Below the pieces are notes generated by a model. It was not told where the DNA came from, searched no databases, and worked only from the letters and a program-made list of their open reading frames with translations. The translations under genes were made by a program, and so were the position numbers. 64,000 nucleotides of DNA, from contig NIVC01001695.1 in NCBI GenBank assembly GCA_002269645.1, forward strand, positions 1 to 64,000. The letters run 5' to 3'. Each line of letters opens with the position of its first letter. Position 1 is the stretch's first letter. This document shows positions 38,123 through 47,795 of this stretch, in pieces. The DNA is from Macrostomum lignano (lineage: Eukaryota).

Positions 38123-39732
38123 TTAAACTAACATTAATTGGCTTTCATAAAACGAACCCAATATTTCTTCACCGTCTTTATCAGCAATGATATAGGTTGT
38201 AGGATTTGTATTTAAAACTTTACTGACAGTAAATTTTTCACTTATTTTCCAATATCCTTTTCTTCCCTTTTCAAACTTATCTTTCCATTTATAGATATAA
38301 ACAGAATCACCAACTTTAAAAGGTTTAGTTTTCTTTTTTTCGAATTCTCCAAAAGTAACTTTAACTTTTTCAGGACTGTTATAAGCTTGTTGTGGAGTCA
38401 TATTTATAGCCGAATGATATGAATTATCTATCACTACGTCTGGTAATATTTTTACCCACTTTTGGTTACCATTAAGACTAAATTGAAACCACAATTTCTT
38501 ACCTAAAGTTCGATTAAATCTTTCTATTAAAGCGTTTTTGCTTTCGCCATAAATAGAATAAATCTTATTAATATACTCCCCATTAGCGACTCCGTCCAGT
38601 CCTTTTTCCTTTCTTGTTCTTTTTCAAAATGATATAATTTATACATATGTGGATTGTAAAATTCCTTTCCTTCATCAACACATAAACGTTCACTTTTTTC
38701 TCCAAGACTTCTAAAAGCAGAAGCAACCTCCTCTCCTTTTTTGGATTTCAAAGGAACAGCCCACGCATATCGAGTAAAACCATCTAATATGGTTAAAATA
38801 TATTTATATCCCTGATCGGACGGCATAGCCATTAAATCAGCATACCAAATTTCATTCTTTTTAAAGTTCATGATCTTTCTGTAAAATTTCGGTTTTCGGT
38901 ATTCTTTGTGAAGAATCTTTGCCTCATCAGAACTTAACCCACCACCACTTAATAACAAACACTCAACACAATTATTTCCATGTTGGTTGTAATTAATTCC
39001 CAAACCAAATTTAACTTTAGACTGCAAAATCTTTTTAACCATCCACCGAGTTAATCTTTGGCTTACCGACAATCCTTGCAGATTATCTAATCCTTCAATC
39101 ATTTTTCTATCGGCTTCATGCTTTAATCTTAATGCTTCCTCAGGAGAGTTCTTATCAGCATCTCTGTATGCTAAGTCATGATAATATGCTAACCAATCAA
39201 TACCGTTAATGGGAATTGAATCTGCTTTTGGAGTGTCATCAGGATTTAATCTCAAATCCAAGCGAGTCCCGGGTAGTTTACCCTCAATCTTTCGATAGAG
39301 GCTGGAGCACACCTTAAGCGGCTAAATTACCGCCCATCTCCGTCTGCTCTCTGAACCTTCTCCATATCGGCCACCGGACGGACTTAGGAGCTTGGCTGCG
39401 CATTGCCACCTTGTCTTCAAGCTTATTACCTTTGGGAAGAGGAGTTACCTCTGTTCCTTCAAAAGATTTCTCAATTGAAGTGGTACTTGAAGCTGTATGA
39501 CGGGTTTCACGCAATTTGAAGATGTCGCCACTAATAGTGACTAGCAAGGACATTGACTTCCTCACTCAGGCCACGGATAACCTGCAAAGTTCATTGATGG
39601 AAGGTGTAGTTCCCCAGTATATTTTCCAGTAGTAAATATTGGCGGTAAGCTTGTTAATCCTTTTTGAACATCCAACAATCCACCTTCAAACACAACATGT
39701 ATGGAATTAATATCGTTTGTTTGAATCACCAT
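38123..39732 (-). CDS. PLA2-integrase fusion: exon 1 39732-39580, group I intron, exon 2 39273-38123, with a 1-nt frameshift at the G4 run 38578-38581
   Basis: Spliced product GELHLPSMNFAG|PGTRLDLRL..INGIDWLAYYHDLAY (parvovirus-type PLA2: GPG loop, HDxxY) runs in frame into rve integrase WYADL..ILTILDGFTRYAWAVPLKSK..VDEGKEF, then (-1 frame) IEKFNRTL and C-terminal FKVGDSV..TYIIADKDGEEILGSFY. Confidence 0.88.
39274..39579 (-). ncRNA. Group I self-splicing intron, subgroup IC1, 306 nt, no internal endonuclease ORF
   Basis: P AAAUUGCGUGAAA (39517-39505), Q AAUGCGCAGCCAAG (39404-39391), R GUUCAGAGAGCAGA (39356-39343), S UUAAGGUGUGCUCC (39317-39304). P1 with U.G splice site; P3 CAUCUUC/GGAGAUG; P5abc with AAUAAG bulge and GAAA loop; CCUAAG/UAUGG receptor; P7 GAGCA/UGCUC; P8; P9-GAAA. 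Removal restores NFAG-PGT in frame. Confidence 0.93.
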
Positions 39733-40282
39733 TTTTAATGGCCTTAAAAATACATGATATCACTAATTGTTTTGCAAATTCTTCAATAGTTGGTTGTTTA
39801 ACCCTTTTTGAAATATTATCTGCAGCAGCTAAGTACCTTTTATTTCTCCACCACTCAGAACATCTAACTTGGTTTTCATCTATATAATCATATGAAGAAG
39901 CGGGAATAAAAGGATCAACATGTAACACACCAGTATAATCTTTTGTGATGTAATAATGTTTTGTGAAATTTAACCAATCAATAAAGAATTCTTTTGTGCA
40001 ATCAAGATAGAAAATATAATCATAATCATTAAAAATAGTTAATTGATTTTTTACTCTATTTCTAATTAATACAATAAGTTTGTAGTTTTCATCATTTTGG
40101 TATTTGTTTCTACGATATTTATTCCATTTATCTTTATTGTTTTTCATCCAAAAACTACTACTATTATTATGACATAATCGACAATCATTTCTAAAATTTT
40201 TTGAATCATTTCTCCAAATAAAAAATTCTTTAGTCATTGGTTTTTCTTCATGGCACTTATTACAAATCTTTTTAGTTATCAT
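39707..40282 (-). CDS. Free-standing HNH-type endonuclease with N-terminal CxxC-CxxC zinc finger (large-DNA-virus style), possibly inactivated
   Basis: CNKC..CRLC; YLDCTKEFFIDW; LHVDPFIP (cf. HIDHIIP) ..N..L..DNISK. Confidence 0.7.
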   Translation of the reverse strand: MITKKICNKCHEEKPMTKEFFIWRNDSKNFRNDCRLCHNNSSSFWMKNNKDKWNKYRRNKYQNDENYKLIVLIRNRVKNQLTIFNDYDYIFYLDCTKEFFIDWLNFTKHYYITKDYTGVLHVDPFIPASSYDYIDENQVRCSEWWRNKRYLAAADNISKRVKQPTIEEFAKQLVISCIFKAIKNGDSNKRY

Positions 40283-40305
40283 TTTATAAAAAATAAATTT
40301 AACAA

Positions 40306-40989
40306 TTAAAGTCCAGTATGTCCGGCAGCTTTGGCAGCGGCTAAAACAAGTTTTCGAGGAGTTTTTAAACCATCCCCAACAGCCCTTTTGTTTCTTATAG
40401 ATTGATCGATATGCTTATACAAACTGGTGTTTTTAATAGCTCTATCACCCAAATCAATATTATAAAATTTTTTAGCACTTATTAATTCATTCCGAGTATA
40501 TAAATCAGGATTAAACTTTACTTTAGGCCTTGTAACAATATTAAATGCTCCACCCAACTCTTTATATAATTCATCCCGACTTTTTTCAACCCTAGTACCA
40601 ATTCGAAAATTGTCATTACCTAAATCTATCGCAGCAATACTTTGTGGCGCAGCTCTTGGAAATTGCTCAATATCACCACGACGTTCCGCAGCTCTAATCT
40701 CTGCAACTCTAAATTGTGCTTGAGCCACATTATAAGTAGGCGGTTCATCCTCCACAATTTCATCCTCTTTTGGCTCCGTATTCTTTGCAATTTTTTCAAG
40801 AAGTTCTTTATCAGTTTTTGTTAATTAACTAATTTTCCCCGTAATAGGATTAATAAAAGGAGCAGCAAATTTTTCACCGGCTAGCTGTACTCCCAGCTTT
40901 CTTTTTTGTAAATCTCTAACAAAATCAGAATATCTTTGCTTCTCTTTATAAATCGCCAACTCCCCATCAACGTCCATAAACTGACTCAT
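40306..40989 (-). pseudogene. Polinton hypothetical protein, disrupted near 40840
   Basis: ATG at 40989 (MSQFMDVDG..) hits TAA near 40840; frame continues as the 149-aa track ORF. Confidence 0.5.
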
Positions 40990-41023
40990 TTTTTAACATA
41001 AAAAACTTTTTTAACCTATAAAA

Positions 41024-42504
41024 ATGGCCGAGACAAAAACCATTTGGAGTGATAAATTTCATTTCAAAAAACAACGACAGTATATTAATGAGGTCAGATC
41101 AAGAGATTTAAATTATACCCAACCAACAAGCGATAATTCAAATAACTTTACAACGGGAACAGTAACTTTTGACATTGGTGCAACCACCAGCATATTGGAT
41201 ATGAAACATGCGTTTTTCCGAGTTAGGTGGTTGTATACCAGAAATGATGGAACAGCCCTTACAGCTCCTGATATAGATGACAGAGCCGGCATTATTATAG
41301 AAAATGATTGGTTTTATAAATGTTTTTCCCAAGCACAACTAACCATTAACGGAGCCGAGGTTGAGACGGTTACAAACCCAGCAGAGATTAATGGAGTTTT
41401 GAAACATTTAAATTATACATATTTATCAAAACAGGTTGGTGATAACGTTGGATGGATGCCCGATAAGGGAGATGGTGGAGCAATAAATTTTCCCAATGTA
41501 GCACCAGCAGCCGGCGCAGATACCGCAGCTCTTATTAATTATTTAAATAATAATATAGTTCCGGTTGTAACAACCCTAACCAACACCAAAAATATGAACA
41601 CCGGTTTTATAGACCGTCAGAATAAATTCCCAGTCGCGGTTTTAACCACCGCAACCGCTTATGAGCAAGACTTTCAATCTTTCCACTATTTGGGTTCTTC
41701 TCACCAAATCGGGTATGGAAGGGATTAAAATTTGGGGTACGGTTGCAAATATCTAGTGGATATCTGCCCCGGATACTTTTTGGAAATTCAACCTCAACCG
41801 ATATTGCAGTTCGAATTGTTTCGATTCAATTAGTTGTGCCAACTATCGAGTTAACTGCTCCGCTTTTAAAACATATTGATGATCAGATAATGTTAGACCA
41901 GGATATATTTTATTTGAATCGCCGCCACTTTATGCGAACCATTAATAACAATCAGGATTCATTCCAGTGGCAAATCTTACAAACAAAACGTCGGGTGAGG
42001 TATATTTTTATTTGGTTTAAAATATCAAACAGAAATAGCAAAAGAGGAAACTGTGATTTATATTGGCTTCAATCTGATGCCGTAGCAGCACAGGCAGCCA
42101 CCGCAAGTGATAACGCGCTTTCGGCGATTAACGCATTTAATCTCCAGAATATCCGACTGCAGGTTGATGATCAATATTATCCTGTTAAAAGCCCGCTTAA
42201 TCTAAATGTTGGAAATAATGATGTTAATGATTTTATAAAATATTATCAGGATTACGTCAAAAACGAAGCCTACGCCATTCCTCAATATACACCCACAGAG
42301 TTTCTAAACATTCACCCCGTGGTTGTTTTTGATCTAACAGCACAGAAAGAAAATGTAGCCAATGTTGGTTTGAATTATATGTTGGAGATTAATAAAACCG
42401 GAAATCAGGCAGTAGACGCTCACGCATTGTTTCTAGAGGAATATATGGCAATTGCTAAACCCGACGGCACCGTTGTTCAGGACGTCCCCATAGGAAAAAA
42501 TTAG
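41024..42504 (+). CDS. Major capsid protein (double jelly-roll), split by one frameshift near 41675-41685
   Basis: TFDIGATTSILDMKHAFFRV, ENDWFYKCFSQAQLTINGAEVE; alternative frame gives PLFGFF..KGLKFGVRLQI joining the 253-aa ORF; size and position typical of Polinton MCP. Confidence 0.85.
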
Positions 42505-42523
42505 TTAAATTATTTCCTTAAAA

Positions 42524-43291
42524 ATGGTAAAGCCAAAACATAATAAAATATTTCCCAACGACCCTTTTCTTTTTTTGGTTGTTGGAGGATCAGGTAAAGG
42601 AAAAACACACTTTGTTTATGACTTATTAACAACTTATAAAATGTTAGATTATAATAATTTAATAATATATACAAACAAACCTAGAATAAAATATTATGAA
42701 TTTCTTAAACATGGATTAAAAAACAAATTAAAAAAAGATATCTTGTTTAGAATGTTAAGAGCATATGAGCAATATGAGGACGACGATGAACCAAAATTCA
42801 AACTTTGTGACATTGAGGGTTTATGTAGAGAAACTGCGCAGCATCCAGAAAACGTCGACAACAACTCCCCAACGATCCAAATATCAAACAGATTAACCTA
42901 TGATCAAATCCCAAAAGATGATAAAACACTAATTGTATTTGATGATTGTATTAATGATGGTGATCAAAAGTTGCAAAAAGAAATTTTTGTTAGCGGTAGA
43001 GGAGATGGAATTGGAGCTTTTTATCTCACTCAATCCTTTAGAGAATTAGATTCAATTATAAAAAAGAATGCAAGTTGTTGTGTAATGTTTGATCTAGATA
43101 ACTACGATTTACAAAGTATACATGCGAGATTTAACCCAGGTTTAGATCCAAAACCATTCAAAAGCATGTGTAAAAAAATTTGGGATGACAACCAATACAA
43201 ACACATATATATCAACCCTAGGTTAGAAAGGAGAAATAGAATCTTACAAAATTTGATACACGAGGAGGAGGAAGAGGAGGAAAAGGAATAA
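42524..43291 (+). CDS. A32/FtsK-like DNA packaging ATPase
   Basis: Walker A VVGGSGKGKT, Walker B LIVFDD, SGRGDGIGAFYLTQS. Confidence 0.92.
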   Translation: MVKPKHNKIFPNDPFLFLVVGGSGKGKTHFVYDLLTTYKMLDYNNLIIYTNKPRIKYYEFLKHGLKNKLKKDILFRMLRAYEQYEDDDEPKFKLCDIEGLCRETAQHPENVDNNSPTIQISNRLTYDQIPKDDKTLIVFDDCINDGDQKLQKEIFVSGRGDGIGAFYLTQSFRELDSIIKKNASCCVMFDLDNYDLQSIHARFNPGLDPKPFKSMCKKIWDDNQYKHIYINPRLERRNRILQNLIHEEEEEEEKE

Positions 43292-43338
43292 TCGCCCCGA
43301 AGGGTCGCGTACCTTTGGTACGATTCCCACCTATAAAA

Positions 43339-44124
43339 ATGGCAGTGAACCTCGATACAATAAAACAAGTGGTTGATAGAACCAACTCAAAATTTAGTAC
43401 AACCCTACAATTTGTAATGACTAGCAGCGAGCAAAGGATTCAATTACGTAACCCACTAACTCTTGATCAGACATTAAGTTATGAAATTGGTTTAATAATG
43501 TATTCAGTTTTTAACATGCCTCAATTGATTAATGCAACAAACAATCAATTTAGATATTCTAAAGATTCAGGAGCAAATTGGACAACTATTACTATAACAC
43601 CCGGCGCATATAACTATACTGATTTGAATACCGTAATGCAAGCTGAGTTAACAGATAATGGTGATTGGGTAGCAGACGCAATTGTTATAGGAGTTGATTT
43701 ACCATCAGGCAGATTCACACTTACATTAGCGGCCGGTTATCAGGTTGATTTTACAATTGCCAATTCACTTAGAACCATATTAGGATTTAATTCCCGAATC
43801 GTTACCGCATCAACCACGGGCGATACCGTGGGAAATATTGAAGGCGGAGTCAACACAATTAATATTGCAACCGATATTTCAAATGGTGGTTATATAACAG
43901 ATGATAACGGATTTTTGGTTCAGCGCGGAATTATATATTCAATTCCATTTCTAGCGGTTCCAATTGGAGATAAAATGATAGTTGCACCTCAAACCCCAAT
44001 ATATTACCCATTAAATCAATATAATTTACAATCAATTTTTATAAGAGTTGTAGATGATTCGGATCGACTAATAAGTTTTGGTGGACAAGCAATAACAATA
44101 ATTTTAAGAATAAAACAGGTTTAG
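43339..44124 (+). CDS. Minor capsid (penton) protein
   Basis: YEIGL..INATNNQFRY..ITITPGAYNYTDLN..LRTILGF..SIFIRVVDDSDRLISFGG pattern typical of Polinton mCP; start at TATAAAAATG 43339. Confidence 0.82.
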   Translation: MAVNLDTIKQVVDRTNSKFSTTLQFVMTSSEQRIQLRNPLTLDQTLSYEIGLIMYSVFNMPQLINATNNQFRYSKDSGANWTTITITPGAYNYTDLNTVMQAELTDNGDWVADAIVIGVDLPSGRFTLTLAAGYQVDFTIANSLRTILGFNSRIVTASTTGDTVGNIEGGVNTINIATDISNGGYITDDNGFLVQRGIIYSIPFLAVPIGDKMIVAPQTPIYYPLNQYNLQSIFIRVVDDSDRLISFGGQAITIILRIKQV

Positions 44125-44134
44125 AATCTTAAAA

Positions 44135-44743
44135 ATGGGTAATAATAACGCTTTAAAAAAACAAATGGTAAAAGTTCAAAAAGCAAAAGATAATTATGAA
44201 ATCGAATTAACAAAATTGAAACATCTACAAGCGGAAAAAATCAGGCGGGAAATATTACAACCCACAGATAAGAAACTAACAAAAACAAAGAGTTTTCAGA
44301 AGCATAAAATGACTATGAGCTGGAATGAGTTCAAACAAAGATATGGAACGGATGCAACAAGTAATATTGAATTAACAAATTGGGCGAGACAATTAAAAAT
44401 AAAACCGTTCAGATGTGTTATGCGCGATGAGATAAAAGACTTACAACAATATGGATCTTTCATTGTCAATATTGAAACGACAAAATAAAATGGTGTACAT
44501 TGGTCAGCAGTTTATTCAAAACCCAAACTCGTTTATTTTTTTGATTCATATGCCCTTCCTCCATTGCAGGAAATAAAAGACAAATTTAACCACACTAAAA
44601 ATCGATTATGTGGAGATTATCACGAACAATTTCAAACCTTTGATAAAAGTTATTGTGGGCAGGCGGCGTTGTATTTTTTATATAGAATCGAACAAAGTTC
44701 GCGTACCCCAGAGGATTTTAAAAACATATTGGATTCATTTTAA
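44135..44743 (+). pseudogene. Adenain-like cysteine protease with in-frame TAA at 44486-44488
   Basis: Reading through the stop gives NGVHWSAVY..YFFDSYALPP..QFQTFDKSYCG (His, Asp, Gln, Cys) ending TAA 44741-44743. Confidence 0.85.
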
Positions 44744-44766
44744 TATGGTAAAAATAGACTCTGAAA

Positions 44767-46756
44767 ATGTTATTTAGTGGAACACCCTCATGGAATGGAA
44801 CTTCAAGTACTGGTGGTGGCGGATCAAGTGGAGGAATCAGTGTTACATTTGGAGACAACCGATATATAAATGAAGATGAAGGATATAAAAAAACAGAAAT
44901 AGATAATAAATTAAATTTAAAACGGAATGTTGCAGATTCCATACCAAAACTCAAGTCGATAATTCATTAAATTTAAAACGCAATACCGCCGATTCCTGTA
45001 GCAAGACGGATATTGATAATTCATTAAATTTAAAACGGAATATATTAGATTCTTATAGTCAAGCCGAAGTTGATTCCGAACTTAATTTGAAACGGAATGT
45101 GGCAGATTCATATACAAAAACGGAGGTTGATAACTCATTAAACTTGAAAAGAGACATAACCGATTCTTATTCCCGAACAGATTCTGATTCGCGTTATGTT
45201 CAAACCACCGCAACCGGCACCTTAGATATGAGTAACAATCGAATTATAAATGTTTCAATTACAACAAACAACTCGGTAGTCGATAAGAACTATGTTGATA
45301 ATCAAATTGGTACTCGTACTGGTAATATAAATATGAATAATTTTAAATTAACAAATTTGTTATTTGGAACAGAGGACACGGATTCAGTCAATCTCGAGCA
45401 AGTAAATGCACGAGCAAATATAACCGATGATGATATTTTTAACACGCCTCTTACATCAAATACTTCAAATCCCGATGTTATTCTTACAGCTTCTGAAAAT
45501 AACAATGAAGCTTTTCGAGTTGGTGACGGAAGTCTTGCAACACAATGGTCACCAAATACCGGTACCACAACCAATATGGAAATTAATTTGAGTTTTTAGG
45601 CTATAATCGAAGAATAAATGAATTAAGAGTTACGGGCAGCCCAACAATTGATATCCCATCGGGATGGTCGGTGCGTGCAAAAAATGTTGCTACAGACGCG
45701 TGGACTGTATTACGAACATCATCCTCACCAATTCAAGCAACTTCATTAGCATTAACTAATTTAACAGTTAATTTTTGGAAATATTATAGCGTTTTATTCC
45801 CAACCGGTGGGACAGTTACACAACCTATTGAAGTTCGTCTAATTCAATTATTTGAACACCGAGTTGAAGTTCAAGATCTCAATTGGCCAAATCAAGTACT
45901 TTCTGCCACTCCGCGTGCATATGTAGATCAATTAGCAACCCCAACTTCAAATGGTAGAATGTCTGCTGGTGATAAAAATAAATTAGATGGAATTCCTGCA
46001 ATTGATGCCGCATTATTCGAGCCAGTAATTTGCAATTGGACTGGATATCAAAATCCAACAACCGCCGGAGATATATATCCAGTGGGAACTTTAATTGGTG
46101 ACGCCACATATGTTGATTATCAAAACGGAGCTAGAATAACTCGCGAAACCGCTGGAGTAAGTGGCGCTTTACAATTTAATTTTACACATTTTCAAAACAT
46201 TGCTGCGTCCTTCTTTTTCCGAGTTGCTAATAGTGGTGGGGATGGTGCGGATGCAGTTTGGTTTTATGCATATTGTCATGAACGACCTACTAGTGAATTT
46301 GGTAGTAGTTTAACAACCGACGCTGGTCTGATAGTGTTTGCTAGTGAATGGACAGATCGGTTTGGTGTGGTTTGGAGTAATAAAAAAGCAGATGGAACCA
46401 CAGTTCGTAATGATGTTCAAAATGACGCCGACCAAACAGTAACCTACGCTAATATTGATAATGACGATTGGCATCTTTTTGAAATTAATATTATTAATCA
46501 AAGAGTTTGGTATCAATTAAGGTCATACAATTTTTCAACTAAAGCATATACACTAATTGGGAAAAATGTTTTTACATATGATAGTGGAACTTGGGGAACT
46601 TTAGATAAATCTGGAACTCTTATGGGTTTTGGTGCACGAACCTGAGGAGCGGATGCTGCACATTTTATTCGAGGCGCTGCTGTTTGTGGTAGCACATCTG
46701 CGGGATATAATTTTGCTGCCAGTGCATATCTGGAAGAGCCGCCGGTAGCAATATAA
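44767..46756 (+). pseudogene. Fibre-like/receptor-binding protein (19-aa shaft repeats, NMNN..ITN repeats, carbohydrate-binding-like head), disrupted
   Basis: Repeats YTKTEVDNSLNLKRNVADS; MSNNRIINV/NMNNFKLTNL; SGGDGADAVWF and FGART*GA (TGA at 46643-46645) resemble an L-type lectin; frameshifts near 44940 and 45595. Confidence 0.6.
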
Positions 46757-46772
46757 AATATTGTTATATAAA

Positions 46773-47102
46773 ATGGCTTTTAGTAGAACTCCATCAATGC
46801 GACAATGCAATAATATTGTTATTCCGATTCCCAAACAAGAATCAAATATAAAAACTTTTAAATCTCATACCAAAATTTTATTTAGCGGAGTGAATGTTCA
46901 AGACAATAAGAAACTTCAGGAATTAATTAAATTATTAAAAACCCATATTATATTACAGGAGTTTTGGAAGGTTGGATTTAAATGGGAGAAAAAAGAAAGA
47001 ATAACTCCAATCCAATACTTATTGAGCGCTGGACAGATTCCTAAGGAGCGTGGGGAATTCATTTTGGTGTTATTAAAAATAGACGAAAATTTCGGTGTCT
47101 GA
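46773..47102 (+). CDS. Polinton hypothetical protein
   Basis: ORF with TATAAAATG start. Confidence 0.55.
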   Translation: MAFSRTPSMRQCNNIVIPIPKQESNIKTFKSHTKILFSGVNVQDNKKLQELIKLLKTHIILQEFWKVGFKWEKKERITPIQYLLSAGQIPKERGEFILVLLKIDENFGV

Positions 47103-47739
47103 AGCAGACAGAAAAGAGCGCGACCTATTTAACCAACGTAAAGGGCGCATGTTAAGTAATGTCGATCGAATTAATTATGATTATGATTTATATACCAAAA
47201 AAGTAAGAAGGCTTTCAAACCATATCAGGAATATGGATTTTTTCAATATTGGTTTTGGAAGTTTATCGATGTTGTGTGTGATCGTTTTAGGTATTTTACA
47301 ATCCATTCCAACTCTTAATTTATCTCAATTATTTTTGGGTATTTCAATTGGTTCAATATCAGGTTTTGAATTAATAAGAAACTTATCAATACTTTTGGCA
47401 ATTAAATTATATCTTAAAAAAAGAAAGGATAAATATAAATCACTAAGAGATGTTGCTAAACAATATAAAAATCAGTTATATTTATATGTGCAAAAAATAT
47501 TAGATGATGGTGAGATTACAATACATGAGTTAACAACCGCGGTTGAGTTATATGATAAGTATTTAAAAGATAGAAATAGAATTTTAGATATTGAAGCTTT
47601 TACCGATATGGAATTGAAAGAATTGCGTTTGGACGCCCCCAAACCTCCGCCTATAGAAACTATAGAATACAAGTCCGAAGTTATGGCTGATGGGGTACAA
47701 AGCCCGCGATCAGGTAGCACTATAGAACTTCAGGTCTGA
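47095..47739 (+). CDS. Conserved Polinton/adintovirus two-TM coiled-coil protein (gasderminoid-like)
   Basis: Hydrophobic hairpin followed by KRKDKYKSLRDVAK..KILDDGEITIHEL, a pattern I recall from Polinton accessory proteins. Confidence 0.5.
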   Translation: MSEADRKERDLFNQRKGRMLSNVDRINYDYDLYTKKVRRLSNHIRNMDFFNIGFGSLSMLCVIVLGILQSIPTLNLSQLFLGISIGSISGFELIRNLSILLAIKLYLKKRKDKYKSLRDVAKQYKNQLYLYVQKILDDGEITIHELTTAVELYDKYLKDRNRILDIEAFTDMELKELRLDAPKPPPIETIEYKSEVMADGVQSPRSGSTIELQV

Positions 47740-47795
47740 CTTAGTCAGCGAACCTTGGTTCGGTGGTGTAATTTATTAAAAATATATTCTAAAAA

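Noticed and set aside
38570-38590. Programmed -1 frameshift in integrase
   Set aside because: No heptameric slippery site is evident, and many other indels in this copy point to decay or sequencing error.
39314-39565. 83-aa ORF inside the intron as an intron-encoded homing endonuclease
   Set aside because: It simply reads through the ribozyme core and has no His-Cys, LAGLIDADG, GIY-YIG or HNH motif.
39274-39590. Spliceosomal GT-AG intron explanation for the PLA2 insert (GCAG|GTTATC donor look-alike)
   Set aside because: The nearby AG acceptors give an immediate stop (GGG TAA; GAT TGA) or the wrong frame; only the group I junction restores GPG, and the insert has a full ribozyme fold.
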